DNA of 64,000 bases, taken from assembly GCA_965223345.1 (NCBI GenBank), contig CBDCWG010000012.1, forward strand, positions 1,312,001 through 1,376,000, in the 5' to 3' direction. Made by a program: the position numbers and the translations under genes. The notes under the pieces are model-generated. The model ran no database searches. It saw nothing but the letters and a program-made list of their open reading frames with translations, and was not told where the DNA came from. This DNA comes from Nitrospinales bacterium. Lineage in GTDB: Bacteria; Nitrospinota; Nitrospinia; Nitrospinales; VA-1. Position 1 is the stretch's first letter; every line of letters begins with the position of its first letter. Below are positions 31,016-41,071 of this stretch, piece after piece.

Positions 31016-31302
31016 GAAGGTTTCTCCTTATCGACTGGGGAACTGCGTGGCCGACCGCTAACACTTTGAAAAGGAAGACTCCTCCTCAAAGCGGCGGGGT
31101 GGTTTTTGTTGAATAAACGTTTGATATTATTTATATTAACATATATTTTATTTGCCGGTAAATCATTTTCGCTCAACGGTAAAAAAGGGCCATTTTGACG
31201 CCGCAGGGGACCCGAAAAGGCCCGAAACATCGCCGAACCGAAGTTCAGACGGGCTTTTTTACCCAATAGGATGGAATTTTCGCGTTCGGGAAGCAAAAAA
31301 TC

Positions 31303-32217
31303 ATGAAAATTTTCAAATCCGAGCCCACCTCCTCGCATTTCGACATCCTGGACAAGGCCGAGAGCCCGTTCAACACCCTGTACGTGATCGAGAACGGCCG
31401 GTCCCGCGAGCTGTGGTTCAAGGGGGGCGGCCAGTTTTTCCTGCAGAGCCGGCTGGACCTGGACGCCCCGGAAGCGCTGGCGCTGGTGTATTCCCGGCTG
31501 ATGCTGGCCTCCCTGCTGTTTGTGCCGGAGCCGCGCCGGGTGCTGATGATCGGCCTGGGAGCGGGAGCGGTGAGCCACTGTCTGCACCGCGCCTATCCAA
31601 AGGCCCACATCGATGTGGTGGAGATCGACCGGGAGGTCATCGCGTTTGCGAAGCGGTATTTTTTTCTCAAGGAGTCCCGCAACTACCAGGTGCACGAGGG
31701 GGACGGCCGGCTGTTCGTCCAGCGACAGCGCCGGGAAGCGCCCTACGACCTGGTTCTGCTCGATGCGTTCAAAAGCGGGTCGGTGCCGTTTCATCTCAAA
31801 ACCGGCGAATTCTATGAAGAGATCCGCAGCATCCTGAGCCCCGACGGGGCGGTGGCGTCCAACCTCTACGGCAAGAGCAACCGCCTCAAACCCGCCGACT
31901 GCCAGACCTTCCTCTCGGTGTTCGAGCAGATTTATGGCTTCGAGGACCCCGAGCGGGTGGCGACGGCCCTGGTGGCCACGCGCCACAAACGCCGCTGGTC
32001 GCAGCGCGACATCGAACGCGCCGCCGACGCCTTCCAGCCGTCTTTACCCTTTCCCATGCCGTCGCTGGCGGCGATGCACCTGAAGGAAGGCTGGGAGGAC
32101 GCCACGCAGAGCGCGTTTCGCGACGATTTCGACGTGAAGGATTTCCGCCGCGCCGTGGAGGAAAACAACCTGCGGCCGGGGTTGCGGCCGCGCTACCCGA
32201 TCAAGAGCGTGAGCTGA
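31303..32217 (+). CDS. spermidine-synthase-like SAM-dependent transferase
   Basis: VLMIGLGAG, VVEID, DGRLF, YDLVLLDAF, EFYE. Confidence 0.85.
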   Translation: MKIFKSEPTSSHFDILDKAESPFNTLYVIENGRSRELWFKGGGQFFLQSRLDLDAPEALALVYSRLMLASLLFVPEPRRVLMIGLGAGAVSHCLHRAYPKAHIDVVEIDREVIAFAKRYFFLKESRNYQVHEGDGRLFVQRQRREAPYDLVLLDAFKSGSVPFHLKTGEFYEEIRSILSPDGAVASNLYGKSNRLKPADCQTFLSVFEQIYGFEDPERVATALVATRHKRRWSQRDIERAADAFQPSLPFPMPSLAAMHLKEGWEDATQSAFRDDFDVKDFRRAVEENNLRPGLRPRYPIKSVS

Positions 32218-32243
32218 CACCGCAGGGTGTGCGCCCGAACGGG

Positions 32244-35200
32244 CTATGTCGTTTTTTTCAGGTCGAACGCCTGAATGCGGTGGTTGTCGCAATCGCCGAC
32301 GAACAGCCTGTCCTCGATGATCGCGATGCCGCTCACCTTGCCCCACTCTCCCCGCCGTCGGCCGCCGTTTTCAAACACCGAGAGCAGAAGCAGGTTCTCA
32401 TCGAGATGCAGGATGCGCTGGCCCCAGTAATCGGCCGCGAACAGGCCGTGACCGGGATGAAAGGCCAGGGCGTAGATCTCGCCGCAGCCCGCGGCGTCTT
32501 TTTTCAGGCTCTGAATCAGCCTGCCATCGGGACCGAATAGTTTGAGGGCGTCTTGGGAGCCGTCGCCGATGCAATAGCGCCCGTCCCCCAGAAAGCAGAC
32601 GCTCGCCGGCTGTTGCATTTCCCCGGACACGATGTCGCGCACGGGTTTGCCGTTTGAATCGAAAACGCGCACCCGGTCGCGGCTGGGGTCGGGCACCCAG
32701 ATGCGGTCCTGCCCGTCGGCGGCAAGCCAGAACACAGGACCGAGTTTTTCATCGGGCGCGCCCGTATCGCCGTAGGAAAGCAGGAATTCGCCCTGGGCGG
32801 TGAATTTCTGAATGCGCGTGTTTTTCTCGTCGGCGACGTGGATGCAGCCCTGGCTGTCGGTGGTCACGGCGATGGGATACCGGAAGGCTCCGGGCGCGTT
32901 GCCCCAGCCGCCGAAGCGCAAGCGCAGGCTCGCGTCGGCGTTGAACACGCAGACCTGATGGAATTCGTAGTCGGCGGCGATCCAGCCGCCGCCGGGGCAG
33001 GGCGCCAGGCCGTAGGGCGCAAGCGGGCGTCCGGATTGCGCGCCGGTCTTGTCGCAGGAAAGGCGCAGGGTGAGTTCAAGCGGGCGGCGTGGTTTTTGCG
33101 CGGCGATGGCGTCGTGCAGTTTGCGCAGGCGGTTTCTGATTTTCAAGAACCGGTTCAGCCGTACCTCGCTGGTTTCCACGGCGATCTGCTGTTCCGCCAG
33201 CGCGTCGCGCAATTGCATGGACCGGTCGATATCGGGAACGTCCTGATTTTCGTCCAGGCTGCGCAGATCGCCGTCGATCCGCGAGATCGCCAGCCGCTGC
33301 CGCTTCCGGGTTTCGCTCGCCTGGGTTGTCTGCGTTTCCAGCTTCGATTGCAGATCATCGAGCGCTGCGATCCATTCCGCATTGGCAGTGCCGCCTTCCT
33401 CCCCTGAGGCGAGCAGCAGCGCGCCGCTTTGGATCAGCCGCGAGTGGCTGCGCGCTTCGTTGATCTCCAGGGTCAATGCCATGCGCCGCAACAGACCGAT
33501 CTGGAAATTCACCACGGCCAAGTTGTGCTGCTGCGTGACCGGCGCTTTTTTGTCCTGCGGGTTGAAACTGCGGGCCTGGGCGTCGATGCGGTTTTTCTCG
33601 CGGTACAGCTGCTCGAGCTGCTGCAGAATCCCGCTGTGTTTTTCGTTGTAGATCGCCTGTTCCTCAAAAAACCGGAGGACCTGACGCAGGAGCTCGTTTT
33701 TCGCTTCACCGGCATCGGGCAGCGAAATCCTCTCCAAACCGCACACGACGCTTGCCGTCCCGACTGTGAGCGGCATGCCCTCGATGAGCAGCGCGCGCGC
33801 CGTCTCGGCGAGATCCAGCGCTTCCGAGTTGAACGGCACCGGCTCGAGTTCCGCACTTTTCACTTTCCGGGGGACCGGCTCTGCCGCGCTTGCGAAGCCG
33901 CGGATCCAGGCGTCCAGGCTGTCGTTGATCTGCGTTTCGAGCGGTGGATGGAAGTTCCAGTCCTCCTGAAAACCGAGCAGGATTTTCTGCAGGTTCTCCA
34001 TAGCCGGGGGATCGACGAGGCAACGGCGCAGCGTGTCTCCCACCGGCGCATCGCCGGGATGCGCCTGCGCCACCGCCTTGAGGGTCGCCAGCACGGCGCG
34101 CATCTCGAAATGCAGCTGGCGGATCACGTCGAGGACGCGCTGGTTGCTGTTGGCGAGGATGAGAAAGCGTTCCCATTTGTCGCCCGCATTCTGCAAGGCG
34201 CTGAACGCCTGAACCATGGTCTCTTCCTGCGTCTCTTTGGTTTCGAGCAGTCCCAGCAGGCTGTGGCAGAGCGATTGCCAGTTTTCTTCGATGGCTGACA
34301 ACACTTGACGGCGGCTCTCCGGGGCGACCTGGCCGCAGGTGTTTTGCAGGAATTCGGCGAACCTCTGCGCGGTCACGCGGTAGGTGAAAAAAAGCCGCCG
34401 CAGTTTCCGGTACAGCGTCTTGTCGCGCTCTTCCGCCACATACAGCGCTTTGTCGAATGTGCGGGCGTCCTCCGCACCGGCGAGAATCTGTTTCTGCTGC
34501 TCAAACAGGCGGCGGTTGAAGTCCAGCGCTGCCTGTTCCCATTCCAGATGGGTTTCCAGCAGCTCCCGGCGCGCGGCCTGCTGCATGGAGAGAAACGCGT
34601 CCACCCCTGTGAGCAGCGCGGCGGCGTTTTCAGGATCGGGATGGGAGCGGGCCAGACGGCTGAAGCGCAGCAGGCTCTGCTGGGAAGTTTCTTCATCCGG
34701 GGAGGGGTTTGCCTTTGCCATCAACGTCGCGGTTTGCCGGTAGGTCTTGAGGGCCGCCGCCGAATCTCCCGCTGCTTCCTGGGTGCGCGCCTGATGAAAC
34801 CGCAGCGTCGTGTTTGCCGGCTGCGCTTCGATCTGCGCCGCCAGCATTTCCGCTTGTGTCGCTCCGGGAACCTCGAACTCGAACACGTCCGCATCGAAGG
34901 TCAGGCTCACCCAGAGCCTGCCTTCAGGTGAAAAGAGGGCCCAGTTCGGCGCCTGCAGGTCCTGGGATGGGTCGCAGCGGTTGAACTCGAACAGGAATCC
35001 CCCGGAGGCGGTGAAGGCCTGCACCCGGTTGTTGTTGAGATCGGTGACGTACAGCAGGCCGTTGGGCGCGACGGTCAGCGAAAGCGGATACTGGAACTGC
35101 CCCGGGCCCGAACCGCGCTCGCCGAAGGTGAAATCGCGCTGCCAATGGGCGTCGAATTTGACGATGCGGTGGTTGCCGCTGTCGGCGATGTACCAGCCGC

Positions 35201-35825
35201 CGTCCTCGCACGCGGCGATGGCGGTGGGAAACTCGAAGCCCGGCGGGGCGAACAGATGCGCGGGGGTTTCGTAAATCCCGGCGAGCTGTTCCTCGAGCAC
35301 GGTGCCGCGGTTGCCGACCCAGCCCAGCGAGACGCCGTCGGCATCGAACATCTGGATGCGGTGGTTGTAGCGTTCGACGACGATGAGGCGGCCGTTCGCA
35401 TCGACCCGAACGTCGTGCGGTTCGTTGAGCTGCCCCTTGCCGTCGCCGCAGCCGCCGATGGTTTTGAGATGCCTGCCTTCGCGGTCGAATTTCTGCACGC
35501 GGTGGTTCCAGCTGTCGGCGACGTAGATCGTGCCGTCCGCATCGACGGCGCAGCCTTTCGGGTAGTGGAATTCGCCGGGGCCTTTGCCCTTGCCGCCGAA
35601 CTGGCCGACGCATTGCCAGTCCGGGTTGTAGATCTGAATGCGGTGGTTGAAATCGTCCGCCAGGATCAGGTTGTTTTCCGGCGTGAAGGCGAAACCGGAA
35701 GGCGGCGAAAGCGCGATGTCTTCGGTGCCGGTGCGGCGGAACCGAGTTTTGAAGCGCACGTTGTCGCGCGGTGCAGAAACAGCAGGGACTTCTTTTTCGG
35801 CGGTGGTACCCGGGGAGGATTTCAT
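32244..35825 (-). CDS. large protein with two NHL beta-propellers flanking a ~600 aa helical region
   Basis: Repeated ADxxNHRIQ and GxGPGEF.YP motifs at both ends; coiled-coil-like middle. Confidence 0.82.
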   Translation of the reverse strand: MKSSPGTTAEKEVPAVSAPRDNVRFKTRFRRTGTEDIALSPPSGFAFTPENNLILADDFNHRIQIYNPDWQCVGQFGGKGKGPGEFHYPKGCAVDADGTIYVADSWNHRVQKFDREGRHLKTIGGCGDGKGQLNEPHDVRVDANGRLIVVERYNHRIQMFDADGVSLGWVGNRGTVLEEQLAGIYETPAHLFAPPGFEFPTAIAACEDGGWYIADSGNHRIVKFDAHWQRDFTFGERGSGPGQFQYPLSLTVAPNGLLYVTDLNNNRVQAFTASGGFLFEFNRCDPSQDLQAPNWALFSPEGRLWVSLTFDADVFEFEVPGATQAEMLAAQIEAQPANTTLRFHQARTQEAAGDSAAALKTYRQTATLMAKANPSPDEETSQQSLLRFSRLARSHPDPENAAALLTGVDAFLSMQQAARRELLETHLEWEQAALDFNRRLFEQQKQILAGAEDARTFDKALYVAEERDKTLYRKLRRLFFTYRVTAQRFAEFLQNTCGQVAPESRRQVLSAIEENWQSLCHSLLGLLETKETQEETMVQAFSALQNAGDKWERFLILANSNQRVLDVIRQLHFEMRAVLATLKAVAQAHPGDAPVGDTLRRCLVDPPAMENLQKILLGFQEDWNFHPPLETQINDSLDAWIRGFASAAEPVPRKVKSAELEPVPFNSEALDLAETARALLIEGMPLTVGTASVVCGLERISLPDAGEAKNELLRQVLRFFEEQAIYNEKHSGILQQLEQLYREKNRIDAQARSFNPQDKKAPVTQQHNLAVVNFQIGLLRRMALTLEINEARSHSRLIQSGALLLASGEEGGTANAEWIAALDDLQSKLETQTTQASETRKRQRLAISRIDGDLRSLDENQDVPDIDRSMQLRDALAEQQIAVETSEVRLNRFLKIRNRLRKLHDAIAAQKPRRPLELTLRLSCDKTGAQSGRPLAPYGLAPCPGGGWIAADYEFHQVCVFNADASLRLRFGGWGNAPGAFRYPIAVTTDSQGCIHVADEKNTRIQKFTAQGEFLLSYGDTGAPDEKLGPVFWLAADGQDRIWVPDPSRDRVRVFDSNGKPVRDIVSGEMQQPASVCFLGDGRYCIGDGSQDALKLFGPDGRLIQSLKKDAAGCGEIYALAFHPGHGLFAADYWGQRILHLDENLLLLSVFENGGRRRGEWGKVSGIAIIEDRLFVGDCDNHRIQAFDLKKTT

Positions 35826-35957
35826 GGAGGGCGAGGTCCGGGGGTGAACGGGAGTGCTCTTTGTTACGCGGGCATTAAATCACAAATGCGGTGCGAACTC
35901 AATCCTTTCGCACGCTGTTTTTGCGGACGCGTTGCGATCAAAAATGAAAACCTGTTT

Positions 35958-36926
35958 TCAGCGCGTGAGCACCCATTCGTCGATCCCGGAATCGGCGACG
36001 GTGCGGTCTTTCTGAATGCGGTGGCGTCGGCGCAGCATGCGGGGAAGTTGTCCGAGCGCCGCGAGTTTGGATTTCAGCAGCACCCACCCCTGGCCGCGGT
36101 AGGTGAAGTAGCGGATGTCCTGCATCTGGTGCCTGAGGATGGTGAAAAAGTGTTTGCAGTACATCGCGAGCGACATGTTTTTGATCAGCACGAACACGTC
36201 GTTGCGCTTGCAGAGGTAGATGTAGCGGTCGCTGTACAGGCCCACGGTGGCGGTGCCGATGTGGTACACCTTGGCTTCGGGCAGGTAGACCGCTTTGAAG
36301 CCGCGCAACTGGCTGCGCATGTTGAGATCGACGTCTTCGGCGAAGATGAAAAAGTCCTCATCGAACACGCCGATGGTTTCGAACAGCTCGCGCCGGTAGA
36401 TGCCCGCGCCGGCGCAGGCGCCGAACACGTATTCCTCCCGGTCGTACTGCCCCACGTCCTTCTCGCCCTGTCCGCGCCCGCCGCCCGAGGACCAGGCGTG
36501 AAACAGGTCGCCCGTGTTGTAGAAGGTGTCGCGCTGGTCGAGAAACATCATCTTGGTGGTGCCCATGCCGCATTCGGGATGCCGCTCCATGCCTTCGTAC
36601 AGTTTGGCGATCCAGTCCGGCTCGACTTCGATGTCGTTGTTGAGCAGGCAGATGTATTTTCCCAGCGAAGCCCGGATGCCGCGGTTGCAGGCGGTGGCGA
36701 ACCCGAGGTTCTCCGGCAGCTTGAGCAGGCGCACCCAGGGGTAGTCCCGTTCTATGCGTTCGCGGGAGCCGTCGGTGGAGCCGTTGTCCACCACGATCAC
36801 CTCGTGCCCCTCGAACGTCGAGCGCTTCAGCGAATCCAGGCACATGCCGACGAATTTCAGGCCGTTCCAGTTGGGGATGACGATGCTGACTTTTACGGGC
36901 CGCCGCGAATCGGGAACGGGGTTCAT
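35958..36926 (-). CDS. GT2 glycosyltransferase
   Basis: VSIVIPNWNG, VDNGSTD, NLGFATACN, LLNND, FAEDVDL; ATGA overlap with the upstream gene. Confidence 0.92.
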   Translation of the reverse strand: MNPVPDSRRPVKVSIVIPNWNGLKFVGMCLDSLKRSTFEGHEVIVVDNGSTDGSRERIERDYPWVRLLKLPENLGFATACNRGIRASLGKYICLLNNDIEVEPDWIAKLYEGMERHPECGMGTTKMMFLDQRDTFYNTGDLFHAWSSGGGRGQGEKDVGQYDREEYVFGACAGAGIYRRELFETIGVFDEDFFIFAEDVDLNMRSQLRGFKAVYLPEAKVYHIGTATVGLYSDRYIYLCKRNDVFVLIKNMSLAMYCKHFFTILRHQMQDIRYFTYRGQGWVLLKSKLAALGQLPRMLRRRHRIQKDRTVADSGIDEWVLTR

Positions 36927-39340
36927 GCGTTGTCTCTCGTGTTCTGGGTGAGCGTGGTTTCCGATGCCTCTTTCGCCTCGAGCAGAAGCAGGCGGGCGCC
37001 CGAGTGCAGCGGGTCGAGCCGGAGACACTGTTCGGCGAATTTCTGCTTCTGTTCGGAGCCGGACAGCCGGGCACGGCGGAACCAGGCGGCGGCGCGGGTG
37101 CGGATGTGGCGGCTCTTGCGCTCGGTGACCGCTTTGAACAACAGGTAGGCGTTTTCCAGGTCGCCCTCCCGCTCCAGGGCGGAGGCTTTGGCGTAAAGCA
37201 GCAGCAGGTTTTCGGGATTGCGGTCCAGATAATGGTCGAGGGTCGCCGATTCGCTGCGCTGCGACGCGTCCAGAGCGGCGATGGCGTTCGCCACACGGGT
37301 TTCGAGCCATTCACGGTCGCGTTTGTCCGGCGTGGTCGCCGTTTCGGCGTACAGCCGCTTGAGCTGCTCGCGCTCTTTCAGGCGGGTGAGAGAATCGATG
37401 AGCGACTCCCAGCAGTCGTGGCGGTCGGGATGCTGGGTGCGGAACCATTCGAATTCCTGAACCGCCGCGCGATGCAGGCCGCGCCGCTGCAGGATCAGGC
37501 CCTTCACGTAGACCGCTTCGTCGTTTTCTCCGAAGCGTGCGGTTTCCTCCTGCACGTAATGGGACGCTTCGTCGAAGCGGCCGAGCCGGGCGTACTGCTT
37601 CGCCAGCAGCAGGCGCACGTGGATGCGGCCGGGTTCCAGGCGCAGCGCGCTCTCGAACACCCAGGCGGCGCGGTCCGGCTGCTGCAGTTGCGCGTACAGC
37701 TCGCCCAGGTAGATGAGGCCCGGGACGTCGGTGGGGTTCAGCCGCACCAGCTTGCGGCATTCCTTGAGCGCCGTGTTGATGCGGCCGCGGACGCGGTCGG
37801 ATTTGTCCACGTCCGGAGCGTGCCAGTCGCTTGCGGTGAGCCGGTCGAGGATCTTCATCTTCTCCTGCCAGGGCAGGGTGAGGGGATTGCGCGCGACCGA
37901 GGTGATGGCCTGGAGCCGGTACACCGGGTAGCGGGCGAGCAGGACCTTGACCGGCTTGTATTGCAGCCCGGTCACTGCCTGCAACGCGGCCACGTCGAGG
38001 TCGGGGAAGGTTTTGACGAGAATGCGCGGCTGGTGCCGGATCAGGCCGCCGATCACGCCGTCGAAATAGCCTTCCAGCGATTTGTCGTTCCAGGGGCGGA
38101 TGCAGTGGTGTAAAAAATTGTCGGCAGCGGGGCTGCCGGTCTCGTGGTAGAGCTGGGAAAAGGTGCCCCACACGAAGATGCGCTCTCCCTGCTCGCCGCG
38201 CAGGCGCATCCAGCGCTTGATCAGCCGGCCGACGCGCGGCAGGTAGAGGTACTGGTCGAATTTTTCGTACTGCGCCAGCGTTTCCACATCGAGCGGGCGG
38301 CGATAAAAGAAGCCGATGCGCGCAAGGTTCCAGACGAGAATGCCCGCAAACATCAGCAACAGGGCGGTGGCCAGGGTGTTGTCCGCCTTGAGGCCCCAGT
38401 CCATGCTGAACCCGCTCAACAGCGCCAGCCAGGCGATCAGCGGCAGGTAGTGGTAGCGGGAAAAACCGCGCTGGCAGACGATCATCACGCCGGTCACCGC
38501 CGTGAACACGCCGGTCCACACGGCGTGCGGCCCCATGAAGGACAGTGCCAGACCGGGAATCCCGGCGATCCAGACGGGCGCCGTCTGTCTGGCGATTCTG
38601 CGCACCTCGCCGAACACGTAAAAGTGCATGGCCTTGGTGCGGGTCAGCCGCAATGTCGTCGCCATGCGCGTGCGCATCTGCCGCCGCGAGGCCGCGTCCC
38701 AGAAACCCAGCCAGGCGTCCACGCCGTTGGACAGCACGACGGGCAGCGCTGCGCCGATGACGAAGGGCAGCACCGCGTCCGCTCCGAACTCCAGGGCGAC
38801 GATAGGCGTCAGCACGGCGGCGTACAGGCCTGTGGTGAATTTGGGGATGGTGGCGAGACCGAAGCAGAGCCCGGCGAAGAAAACATAATCGGGACCCAGG
38901 ACCAGAAGCGCGAAGCCGAGCAGGACGCAGGGGATGTAAAACTGTTCGTGATTGAAGGAACCGGCGGTGAGATCGGGCGAGGTGCCGTAAAACGCGTGCA
39001 GGGAGCCCGCCGCCAGCGCCGCCCAGGGGTTGTGGGTGAGCGCGGACACCGCAAAGTAGACGATGAGAGACGCCGCCACGTGGAAGACCGTCTGCAGATT
39101 GCGGACGCGTTGCACGCCGCCTGCGGGATCGCCGTAGATTCTGTCGGTCAGGAGCATCCTCCAGATGGGGATGCCGATGATCTGCAGGTCTTTTTTCCAG
39201 CGAAATCCTTTTTGGGCGAAGCGGGCCCGATAGGTGTAGATGGCGAAATCGTCGTCCATCGGGAAATTCTGGAACGGCCGGCGGGCGAGCAGACCGATGA
39301 GCGCAACACAGCTGGTGAAGAACAGGTCGAGGTTGTCCAT
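36923..39340 (-). CDS. GT-C-like multi-TM protein fused to C-terminal TPR repeats
   Basis: PMDDDF acidic motif after TM1, ~10 TM segments, RYHYLP, then TPR helices. Confidence 0.72.
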   Translation of the reverse strand: MDNLDLFFTSCVALIGLLARRPFQNFPMDDDFAIYTYRARFAQKGFRWKKDLQIIGIPIWRMLLTDRIYGDPAGGVQRVRNLQTVFHVAASLIVYFAVSALTHNPWAALAAGSLHAFYGTSPDLTAGSFNHEQFYIPCVLLGFALLVLGPDYVFFAGLCFGLATIPKFTTGLYAAVLTPIVALEFGADAVLPFVIGAALPVVLSNGVDAWLGFWDAASRRQMRTRMATTLRLTRTKAMHFYVFGEVRRIARQTAPVWIAGIPGLALSFMGPHAVWTGVFTAVTGVMIVCQRGFSRYHYLPLIAWLALLSGFSMDWGLKADNTLATALLLMFAGILVWNLARIGFFYRRPLDVETLAQYEKFDQYLYLPRVGRLIKRWMRLRGEQGERIFVWGTFSQLYHETGSPAADNFLHHCIRPWNDKSLEGYFDGVIGGLIRHQPRILVKTFPDLDVAALQAVTGLQYKPVKVLLARYPVYRLQAITSVARNPLTLPWQEKMKILDRLTASDWHAPDVDKSDRVRGRINTALKECRKLVRLNPTDVPGLIYLGELYAQLQQPDRAAWVFESALRLEPGRIHVRLLLAKQYARLGRFDEASHYVQEETARFGENDEAVYVKGLILQRRGLHRAAVQEFEWFRTQHPDRHDCWESLIDSLTRLKEREQLKRLYAETATTPDKRDREWLETRVANAIAALDASQRSESATLDHYLDRNPENLLLLYAKASALEREGDLENAYLLFKAVTERKSRHIRTRAAAWFRRARLSGSEQKQKFAEQCLRLDPLHSGARLLLLEAKEASETTLTQNTRDNA

Positions 39341-39620
39341 GAGGTGCGGGGAGAAGGTTTGCAAAAATCGGTTCCGGCCGAAGGCGGGCCGGTTTCCCAA
39401 TCGGGCTGGCAAAATGACCGGACCGCCACACACTCTGATCGGAAAAACAGGGCTTTGGCTTTAGCGCAAACGCGGTGAATTTGAGAATAAGTCCTTAAAA
39501 AACAACGGTTTTATCGGAAAATAGCAGTGGCTGTAAATGGTTTGCGATGGATGCGTGGAGATGATTCGTTGCGACGAGAAAAGGTTGCGGGTTGATCCGC
39601 AACGGGAGAGCGGATGCTTT

Positions 39621-39971
39621 TCAGGCAACGGAAAACAGGAAAAACTGCGGCAGGGTCATCAGGGTCAGGACGAACGCGATGAGCAGGCAGAGGTACACCA
39701 GGCGCGGTTCCTGCTTGAGCAGCCAGCGGTAAAACCGCATCCCCGCAAACACGCCCGCCGCCAGAAAGCCGATTCCCGCCAGGGCAAACGCCGCTTTCCC
39801 GAGACCGCTGTTGGGTGCGAGCGACCCGCTTTCACCGGGCTCCACGAAGGACAGCGCAATGAGGCTCAGCGCGATCAGCAGGATGACCGTCAGCCAGCCG
39901 ATGCACAGTGCCGCGATGCGGGCGGCCCAGCGGGGAGCGGTGGGATTGGAGCCGTTGTTTGCATTCGTCAT
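39621..39971 (-). CDS. small 3-TM membrane protein
   Basis: ATGA overlap with the upstream GT2 stop; hydrophobic segments. Confidence 0.65.
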   Translation of the reverse strand: MTNANNGSNPTAPRWAARIAALCIGWLTVILLIALSLIALSFVEPGESGSLAPNSGLGKAAFALAGIGFLAAGVFAGMRFYRWLLKQEPRLVYLCLLIAFVLTLMTLPQFFLFSVA

Positions 39972-40972
39972 TTGCGGGTCCGCATCCACAACAGTTTCCA
40001 TTTGAGGGCGATGGAATCTTCCGCGCCGCCTTTGGCGCGGCCGGTGATACGGCGGAAAAGAGAGCGTAACAGGCCCGCTGCGAAACTTGCGCGGTACAGC
40101 ACGCGCAGCAAGAAGTTCCAGAACCAGTTGTAGTGCTTGGAAAAAAAGTAGAGGTCGCTTTTGTAGGATTCGACGATCACTTTTTCGCGCACGCCCGGCT
40201 GGTGCGTGCTCTGACCTTGAAAGTGGCGGATCCGGGTTTCCGGGAAGTAGGCGATCTTGGCGCCGGCGGCGCGGGCGCGGCGGCAGTAATCGTCTTCCTC
40301 GTTGTAGAGAAAATAGTTTTCATCCAGCAGGCCCACCTTCTCGAACAGGTCGCGCCGCACGACGAAGCAGGCGCCTCCCACGACTTCGACATCTTTAGTG
40401 GTGCGCGTCGCCATGTGGTTGCGGTCTTTCACGGGGTCGAAGCGTCCGAGGATCTTGCGCGCCGCATCGGTGGGGCCGTCTTCCCGGTGGCGCATGGGGC
40501 GCAGCGCGCCGCCGCCGTCGATGATGGCGGGGCTCAGGATCGACACGTCCTCGTTTGCATCGAGGTAGGCGACGATCTTCTCTAAGCAGCGTTCGATGAG
40601 CCGGGTGTCGGGGTTGAGCAGCGCGACGTACCGGCCCTGGCATTGCCGGATAGCCTCGTTGCAGGCCGCGGAAAAACCGCGGTTGAAGGAGTTTTCCTCC
40701 AGCCGCACCTTGGGAAACCGCTTCTGCACCGCCTCCAGGCTGTGGTCGTCGGAATGGTTGTCCACGACGCGGATCTCGAAATCGATTTTGCCGGTGTTGC
40801 GGTAGATCGAGTCGAGGCATTCGAGCAGGTGATCGCGCGTGTTGAAGCTGACGATGACGATGCTCAGGTCCAACCCAGGCGGTTGGGAGAATCTGAAGGG
40901 AGGCCGGATCACAGGGCTCCTTTGAAAGCGCGGTTTTACGGGGTTTTGCGGGACATCCGGGTGGATCCCCAT
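39968..40972 (-). CDS. GT2 glycosyltransferase (WbbL-like)
   Basis: LSIVIVSFNT, VDNHSDD, LLNPDT, FLYNEEDDYC; start codon uncertain. Confidence 0.9.
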   Translation of the reverse strand: MGIHPDVPQNPVKPRFQRSPVIRPPFRFSQPPGLDLSIVIVSFNTRDHLLECLDSIYRNTGKIDFEIRVVDNHSDDHSLEAVQKRFPKVRLEENSFNRGFSAACNEAIRQCQGRYVALLNPDTRLIERCLEKIVAYLDANEDVSILSPAIIDGGGALRPMRHREDGPTDAARKILGRFDPVKDRNHMATRTTKDVEVVGGACFVVRRDLFEKVGLLDENYFLYNEEDDYCRRARAAGAKIAYFPETRIRHFQGQSTHQPGVREKVIVESYKSDLYFFSKHYNWFWNFLLRVLYRASFAAGLLRSLFRRITGRAKGGAEDSIALKWKLLWMRTRK

Positions 40973-41071
40973 GCAGACAGGGTAACACAGATCTCGCGCC
41001 TTGCTTTGTGCGAATTTATTGGCGACAATAAGCGGGTTTGATCTTTGAACCCATTTTTCAGGAGTGATTGC

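Noticed and set aside
31120..31165. dif-like Xer site (TTAACATA core)
   Set aside because: Only the XerD-arm core matches; the XerC arm does not fit at the 6-bp spacing, and such matches are expected in AT-rich DNA
39359..39378. Possible sigma-54 promoter upstream of the GT-C/TPR gene
   Set aside because: GG-to-GC spacing is 11 nt rather than the required 10
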